The notes below the pieces were generated by a model. It did no database searches. It was not told where the DNA came from and saw only the letters and a program-made list of their open reading frames with translations. This document shows positions 58,904 to 64,000 of a stretch of 64,000 bases of DNA, in pieces. Source of the DNA: a virus (taxonomy: Duplodnaviria > Caudoviricetes); the IMG/VR virus record IMGVR_UViG_3300024246_000001, positions 3,513 to 67,512 of that record. One strand, 5' to 3'. How positions within the stretch are numbered: position 1 is the stretch's first letter; each line of letters starts with the position of its first letter. The position numbers and the translations under genes are program-made.

Positions 58904-59103
58904 ACGCGCTGGAGGTAGGCAAGCGGTACGAGGTCGCGTTCGGGCAGGTCGAGAGTTCGCGGCGCACGTGGGAACCGGCCACCTATGAGCAGGAGCGCGC
59001 GCACGCGAGAGGGACGCTGCACGTGTTCCGGCTCGGGCCGATGGAGACTTATTCCACGCTCACCCCGGCGACGGACGTGCGTGCTTGCGGGGGGCAGCCA
59101 TGA
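58900..59103 (+). CDS. early hypothetical protein
   Basis: GTGA coupling; RBS GGAGG. Confidence 0.55.
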   Translation: MNALEVGKRYEVAFGQVESSRRTWEPATYEQERAHARGTLHVFRLGPMETYSTLTPATDVRACGGQP

Positions 59104-59732
59104 CGAACACGGCAACAGCGACGGCAGTTCAGCAGCAAGTCACGGCGGCGGATATCAGCTACGACGGGCAGCGCATCGAGCTCGAAAGTGGATGGTACGC
59201 AATCGTCAAGACGGAATACGACGAAAACATGGGCGCGCCGTGGAAGGAGCACGACGGACACGGCGAAGTGTCGGAATGGCGTCACTATGATCCACGCGAC
59301 GGCGATGCGGGCAAGCGCTCCGGCGAGCGCGTACTGTGCCGCGACGGACGGTCTGCACGGTTCTACGACTTCGCCAGGGCAGTGGAGACAGCGCGCAAAG
59401 ACGGGTGGGGGTGTTCACACTGGGGCGATGGAAAGTATCCCGTACCGCTGGACACTAGTAAGACGCGCGAGAATTACGCGGGACACACCACGGCACGCGA
59501 GATGGCCGCGTGCGCGGCGGATCAGGACTTCCGATTCCTGCAAAGGTGGTGCAATGGGGATTGGCAGTGGATTAGCGTCATCGTCACGCTGTTCGATGCG
59601 GACGGCGCGAAGGTGGACCATGATGCACTCAGTGGTATCGAATCGGATGGCGACTACTGGAAGGTGGTAGCGGCGGAAATTGTCAACACGCTGGCCGGTG
59701 GGGTGTGTGCGGCAAACGAGGTGTCACTGTGA
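59100..59732 (+). CDS. early hypothetical protein
   Basis: ATGA coupling; PWKEHDGHG, DALSGIES motifs typical of phage early genes. Confidence 0.7.
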   Translation: MTNTATATAVQQQVTAADISYDGQRIELESGWYAIVKTEYDENMGAPWKEHDGHGEVSEWRHYDPRDGDAGKRSGERVLCRDGRSARFYDFARAVETARKDGWGCSHWGDGKYPVPLDTSKTRENYAGHTTAREMAACAADQDFRFLQRWCNGDWQWISVIVTLFDADGAKVDHDALSGIESDGDYWKVVAAEIVNTLAGGVCAANEVSL

Positions 59733-59914
59733 ACGCGCGCAACCTTGTCCAGGCCGCGGCGAACGCTGAGATGCACCTGCGGCGGGCGTACGTGCGCGAG
59801 CGGGTCCGGGTGGTGCGGCGGGAGCTGGCACGCGAGACGGAAGCTGAAATCCGTGCGGCGATCGCTGAACAGTTCATGATGACGGCGCGCGATGCGTCGA
59901 AGGGAGCGCAGTAG
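59729..59914 (+). CDS. early hypothetical protein
   Basis: GTGA coupling. Confidence 0.5.
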   Translation: MNARNLVQAAANAEMHLRRAYVRERVRVVRRELARETEAEIRAAIAEQFMMTARDASKGAQ

Positions 59915-59916
59915 CT

Positions 59917-60435
59917 ATGGAAACCAAACAGCCGATGTGGGAGTTTATTGCTAACCTCGGAGACATGTCTCCACTCGACTACGGCGGTTACTTCGTCTAC
60001 GTAGACGCGACCGGAATCTACGATCCGCAGGCGGTATTGCTGGAGGAGCCCAACGAGGGCAGGACGTACACCGTCTATCGCTTCGACCTGGAGCAGCTGA
60101 AGCGTGTCGAAACGCCCGAGCGCATTCTCCTTGTGCCGTTCGCGTACGCCGCAGATTGGACGCATCCGGTGGAAGCCTATGACGCGTGGTTCTCAAAGGA
60201 TCTCACGGGGGTTGCGGAGTCTGGCGGGATCGATCTCACGAAACTGCGGGGTATGTTGTGCAGTAATGATGCCACAACGCTAGCGAGGGCATATCAGTAT
60301 ATCGGGGAGTATCACGGTTGGGATAACTTCGACAGCTACCCTGAGACGATGACACAGGCGGAAGTCAAGCGGCGCTACAAGGTGGAAGTGTCGCGCACAA
60401 ACGAGATATACGAAATGGCGATTGATCGCCACTAA
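59917..60435 (+). CDS. early hypothetical protein
   Basis: RBS GGGAG; LGDMSPLDYGG...YHGWDNFDSYP. Confidence 0.7.
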   Translation: METKQPMWEFIANLGDMSPLDYGGYFVYVDATGIYDPQAVLLEEPNEGRTYTVYRFDLEQLKRVETPERILLVPFAYAADWTHPVEAYDAWFSKDLTGVAESGGIDLTKLRGMLCSNDATTLARAYQYIGEYHGWDNFDSYPETMTQAEVKRRYKVEVSRTNEIYEMAIDRH

Positions 60436-60446
60436 GGAGCAGTGTC

Positions 60447-60905
60447 ATGACCATGATCTACTCGAATCCCGCGAGAGAGAACGAGAACGACGGGGCGCTG
60501 CCAGATGTCGAAGTGTGGCAGCACCATCACACACAACTCGGAGGGTGCCAGCCGAGCGTAGCACCGTCATGGCCGTGTGCCGGTGCCGGCTGGTACTGGC
60601 AGGCTGGCACATCAGGCCGCACGCCGACATTCGACTACTCGACATGGACGCCTGACCCGGACGACACGCCGCACGGACCGTTCGACACCGAGGCTGAGGC
60701 GGTCGAGGATGCGCGGTTCAGCGCTGCCGCTGACATGGACGACTACGACGGTGCTACGACGGTCGGAACGCCGAACGCCGGGCCATTTGGTCGTGCGCTG
60801 CCGCAGTGCGCCATCGCCATGGGCTGCCTGTGCGCTGGACACGCCCAAGGCAATCCGGCCAGCGCGGCGTGCGATACGAACGAGACTACACGGGTGAGTG
60901 AGTAG
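60447..60905 (+). CDS. early hypothetical protein
   Basis: RBS AAGGAG; ALPDVEVW...GWYW...P.GPFDTEAEA. Confidence 0.65.
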   Translation: MTMIYSNPARENENDGALPDVEVWQHHHTQLGGCQPSVAPSWPCAGAGWYWQAGTSGRTPTFDYSTWTPDPDDTPHGPFDTEAEAVEDARFSAAADMDDYDGATTVGTPNAGPFGRALPQCAIAMGCLCAGHAQGNPASAACDTNETTRVSE

Positions 60906-61000
60906 CAACGTACAGCCGTCCGGCGTTTGAGAGGGTCAGACGGTTGTGCGGATCGACTCAATTACGGGCCATCCAAACCGCAGTACAGGAGCAAAGAGCC

Positions 61001-61198
61001 ATGACAAGGAAGGATTACGTAGCAATCGCTGAGGCAATCGCATTCGCACGGAGCACACTGCCGTCGCCGCAACGGAGAGGGGACATCGGCAGAGCCGTGC
61101 AGACAGTAGTTGACGCCATCGCTAAGACACTCGCCGACGATAACCCGCGTTTCGACCGCGAACGGTTCCTCCAGGCATGCAGGACGGTGCAATCGTGA
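61001..61198 (+). CDS. conserved phage early protein
   Basis: MTRKDYVAIAEAI...DNPRFDRERFLQAC family pattern. Confidence 0.75.
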   Translation: MTRKDYVAIAEAIAFARSTLPSPQRRGDIGRAVQTVVDAIAKTLADDNPRFDRERFLQACRTVQS

Positions 61199-61959
61199 GC
61201 GCGCATGACGGATTCAAGCATCATTTACTAATCGGAACTTTGCCGGACTTGGGCAAGGTGTTCGTGACAGTCGAATACTCCTCAGACGGGAAGCTGTCCC
61301 TCACTGGCGTTGAAGGGCCGAAACCTAACGGCGATGCGAAAGGATCATGCGGGCAGATCATCATCGGATTCAAGGAGTACGACGCACGCGGATATCTGAC
61401 ACTGGATGAGATCACGCCTGCGGACGGATGGACGCCTGAGAGCATCCGCCGGCTGTTTGACGTATGGGCAGCGTGGCACGGCAACGATATGCAGGCAGGT
61501 TGCGAACATCAGCGGGTAATTGACACAACGCGACAGGTTGAAGTTGTGAGCTACAAGCTCACGCATAACGCGATGGCGTTGCGCACGAACACCCGTCATG
61601 CGGCGGCACAAGCGGCACTCAAAGGCGAATCGTTCAACCCCACTGCCACGGCACGCGCGCTAGCGGAGCTGAACAACTGGTATTCGGACATTCACACCTT
61701 ACCGGATGCAGACTCACCGCTGTTTGACTGCTACGAAGTATCCAAGCGCGAAACCAAAGCCGTCGGCTGGCTAACCCAGGATGAGCATCCTGACGGGATG
61801 CTGTCGCGCCCGTGTGGGGTCTGCGGTTACAAGTACGGCAGCGCATGGCTCAAAATGGACGTTCCGTCTGATGTTGTCGAATGGCTGTGCGGGTTGCCTA
61901 CTGACGACCCGCTTCCATCGAGTTGGGCAAAGACGCAAGACGTGGTGAACGAGTCGTAG
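61195..61959 (+). CDS. early hypothetical protein
   Basis: GSCGQI...WHGNDMQAGCEHQ...CGVCGYKYGSAW. Confidence 0.7.
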   Translation: MSAHDGFKHHLLIGTLPDLGKVFVTVEYSSDGKLSLTGVEGPKPNGDAKGSCGQIIIGFKEYDARGYLTLDEITPADGWTPESIRRLFDVWAAWHGNDMQAGCEHQRVIDTTRQVEVVSYKLTHNAMALRTNTRHAAAQAALKGESFNPTATARALAELNNWYSDIHTLPDADSPLFDCYEVSKRETKAVGWLTQDEHPDGMLSRPCGVCGYKYGSAWLKMDVPSDVVEWLCGLPTDDPLPSSWAKTQDVVNES

Positions 61960-62019
61960 CTTGCTCCTGCCCTCCAGCGCGTGAGTGTTCGGAGGGCAGC
62001 GTGAAGGAGACGAACGAAC

Positions 62020-62190
62020 ATGGCAGACTGCAACCGAGAACTGGCATTAGCAATTCTTGAACTGATCCGTGAAGAGATTGTGCGTGAGAGGGGCGGCATT
62101 CCCTCGCTGGCAATGGAGCGCGAAGAGCGTGCAGCGACCGCATTCGAGAACGTTGTGGAGGAGTTGTTTGCATGGAAGGTGACGCTATGA
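62020..62190 (+). CDS. early hypothetical protein (56 aa)
   Basis: RBS AAGGAG; ATGA coupling. Confidence 0.55.
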   Translation: MADCNRELALAILELIREEIVRERGGIPSLAMEREERAATAFENVVEELFAWKVTL

Positions 62191-62678
62191 GCACACAACA
62201 GGAGCGCGAATTCATCGAAGGAGCCGCGCGTACGGCGTACGTGATGGCGTGGGCGGAGCGCGAGGCGCGTACGTGCCAGTGGCGCAATCCCGATACCGGT
62301 CACAAGTGCCGAGAGGAGCAGGATGCACCCGTGCATGAGGAACACCATACGTTTAAAAATCGCTCGTTTGCTGGCAAGCGCCCGGAGGACATCGCCCCGC
62401 CAACGCCGACATATGCGCGGGAGTGGGCGTGGAAGCTTCTCGGAGCGCTGGAGGCGATGAACGGACGGTTCGCTGGACTGCCCGGACTGCTCAACGCGCT
62501 GGCGTCATACGACGACAGATCAATCCATGACGGTCAGAGCGCGGAGTTTGCGCGCGAATTTGGCAGTTACGCCGCGCATGTGGCCCTCGGAATGGGTGTG
62601 TGGTGGTTCGACGACTGCGGCCAATTCAAACTGCACGTGCCGGAGTGGTACGCGCGAGGGTTCGAGCTGGAGGACTGA
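62187..62678 (+). CDS. early hypothetical protein
   Basis: ATGA coupling; high GC3. Confidence 0.65.
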   Translation: MSTQQEREFIEGAARTAYVMAWAEREARTCQWRNPDTGHKCREEQDAPVHEEHHTFKNRSFAGKRPEDIAPPTPTYAREWAWKLLGALEAMNGRFAGLPGLLNALASYDDRSIHDGQSAEFAREFGSYAAHVALGMGVWWFDDCGQFKLHVPEWYARGFELED

Positions 62679-62794
62679 CGCCATGCACACCCTATTGTGG
62701 CCCCTGGTCCGGTGCGCGCTGTGGCTGGCGGCGGTGTGCTTTTGTGGGTGCAAGCAGTAACTCTCGGAGACGCAACCGCAAGTTAAGGAATGTC

Positions 62795-63124
62795 ATGACG
62801 ACAACTGGTAAGTTGAAATTTGGCGAGGTCGAGGATAGGGCGCAAGGGTGCCCGAACGGCTGCGGCCCGCTTGATGCTCCGAGCGCGAGCCCGCCTGATA
62901 CGGCAATATACCGATTCTGTAAACTGTGCGGCTATGCTGTCCTAATTGAGGATGTCATGACGACGACTCGGAACTCGAAATTTGCTGGTCGTGAGGCTAG
63001 GGCGGGAGCAGGTGCCCCGCAATCGAACTTGACGGTGGTGACGGAATTTGCTAAGGTGGGTTGTAACAATGCTCGGTACCTTGGCACGCAATCGCAAACC
63101 CCCCTACAGGCAACGATTCTTTGA
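62795..63124 (+). CDS. hypothetical Zn-ribbon protein
   Basis: CPNGC...CKLCG; RBS AAGGA. Confidence 0.4.
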   Translation: MTTTGKLKFGEVEDRAQGCPNGCGPLDAPSASPPDTAIYRFCKLCGYAVLIEDVMTTTRNSKFAGREARAGAGAPQSNLTVVTEFAKVGCNNARYLGTQSQTPLQATIL

Positions 63125-63133
63125 AATCAAAAG

Positions 63134-63211
63134 TGGTGCTCCGGGTGGGATTTAAACCCACGACCGACAGATTAGTAGTCTGCCGCTCTGTTCTGGCTGA
63201 GCTACCGGAGC
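63134..63211 (-). tRNA. tRNA with anticodon ACU (Ser codon) on an Arg-like class I body
   Basis: Full cloverleaf with encoded CCA; anticodon loop CT-ACT-AA; 5-nt variable loop; A20, C35, U36, A73. Confidence 0.85.
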
Positions 63212-63218
63212 CCAAAAA

Positions 63219-63315
63219 TGCGTCAGGCGGGACTCGAACCCACATGGGGGCCGGGTAACCGACCTTACCGGCGGAGTGACAATCCGCTGCGTCTACCAAG
63301 TTTCGCCACTGACGC
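63219..63315 (-). tRNA. tRNA with anticodon GUC (Asp) on a Leu-like class II body
   Basis: GCGTCAG acceptor; D-arm GCG-AAACTTGGTAGA-CGC; loop TT-GTC-AC; 27-nt variable region; T-loop TTCGAGT; A73; no encoded CCA. Confidence 0.85.
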
Positions 63316-63366
63316 GCACTGCTGTACCTAACGCCTCGTGTGCCTGATCCGCTGCGAGGCGTTGGC

Positions 63367-63395
63367 ATTTTAGGGTGGTGTCGTGCAATCCGCAA
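63367..63395 (-). promoter_or_regulatory. promoter of the tRNA pair
   Basis: TTGCGG-17-TAAAAT, followed by a 9-bp leader hairpin AACGCCTCG/CGAGGCGTT. Confidence 0.65.
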
Positions 63396-63396
63396 G

Positions 63397-63666
63397 TCAC
63401 TCCAGAGACTTCTTGCTCCACCGCTTGCGTGCTGCGTCGCGCGCGATCTCAGTCCGCCTCTCCTGCGATAGCGCATCCCGTCGTGCCGGGCCACCCTTAG
63501 CGCCGCCCCGTCTTCCCATGATCGAAGCCGCGCGGCTCATTTCCGGAGAAACGGCGGGCTTCGTCGTCGGCTCGTCCGGCACATCACCCGATAGGACGAT
63601 CACCCTATCGGCCACGCGGCGGGCGCTTTGGACTCCATCTTCTTTTTTGCGTGAACGCTTAAGCAT
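63397..63666 (-). CDS. small basic KGG-motif protein
   Basis: AASIMGRRGGAKGGPARRDALSQERRTEIARDAARKRW. Confidence 0.75.
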   Translation of the reverse strand: MLKRSRKKEDGVQSARRVADRVIVLSGDVPDEPTTKPAVSPEMSRAASIMGRRGGAKGGPARRDALSQERRTEIARDAARKRWSKKSLE

Positions 63667-63685
63667 CCGCAAAGTATAGGTCCGG

Positions 63686-63946
63686 CTACCGCCGTTTGTC
63701 GAACGTACGCAGCATGTGCGACGGAGGAACCTCCAACGCATCCGCGAGCCGCAGCATGATTGTCAACGTCGGAACGTTCTCCCCCCGTTCGATGAAGCCG
63801 AGGTAGTCCGCCGCCATCTCCGCGCGTTCCGCGAGCGCTTCCTGACTCAAGCCGCGCTCTTTCCGCATAATGTGCAGAGCATCGCCGAATCGCTGCCCTT
63901 CCGGGCTCCGTGTCGTCCTTCGCGGCATGACTTGAACACTAGCCAT
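63686..63946 (-). CDS. XRE-family HTH regulator
   Basis: RKERGLSQEALAERAEM..DYLGFIERGENVPTL..MLRLADAL. Confidence 0.9.
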   Translation of the reverse strand: MASVQVMPRRTTRSPEGQRFGDALHIMRKERGLSQEALAERAEMAADYLGFIERGENVPTLTIMLRLADALEVPPSHMLRTFDKRR

Positions 63947-64000
63947 GGGTCGGAGTAGACTTCCATCCAGCCATGGCTAGGAATCAGAAACAGCGCATCA

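Noticed and set aside
63134-63315. tRNAs as a prophage attachment site
   Set aside because: No duplicated tRNA 3' end and no integrase in the window; cannot be supported.

Overview
The whole window reads as most of one high-GC tailed-phage or prophage genome of podovirus type: a P22/T7-like tail and ejection module and no tape-measure gene. The + strand from about 1 to 22.2 kb carries accessory, regulatory and replication genes: a DinG/XPD-like Fe-S helicase, a PD-(D/E)xK nuclease, a Sak4-like P-loop ATPase, an ERCC4 nuclease, a complete groES-groEL pair, a thyX remnant and a UDG-PolA fusion polymerase. The - strand from about 22.3 to 57.6 kb carries a C5 methyltransferase, terminase, portal, two tail-fibre/spike-like proteins, scaffold, capsid, tail, ejection and membrane proteins. 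A divergent control region at 57.6-58.4 kb is followed by small early genes on +, then a two-tRNA operon plus KGG and XRE genes on -. I found no primase, integrase or endolysin, so they may lie outside the window. The host cannot be determined; an Acidobacteriota-like host is only a weak impression. The most unusual signals are: (1) two tRNAs whose bodies carry Leu and Arg identity elements but whose anticodons read Asp (GUC) and Ser (ACU), i.e. candidate mistranslating tRNAs; (2) a methyltransferase split across two fully overlapping same-strand frames that start at a shared ATGTG; (3) DnaJ-type CxxCxGxG zinc fingers inserted in PolA, TerL and the putative TerS of a GroES/EL-encoding phage; (4) tail-fibre/spike proteins with Sec signal peptides; (5) an array of structured RNAs separated by a repeated linker. 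All functional calls come from motif recognition by eye; no database searches were run.
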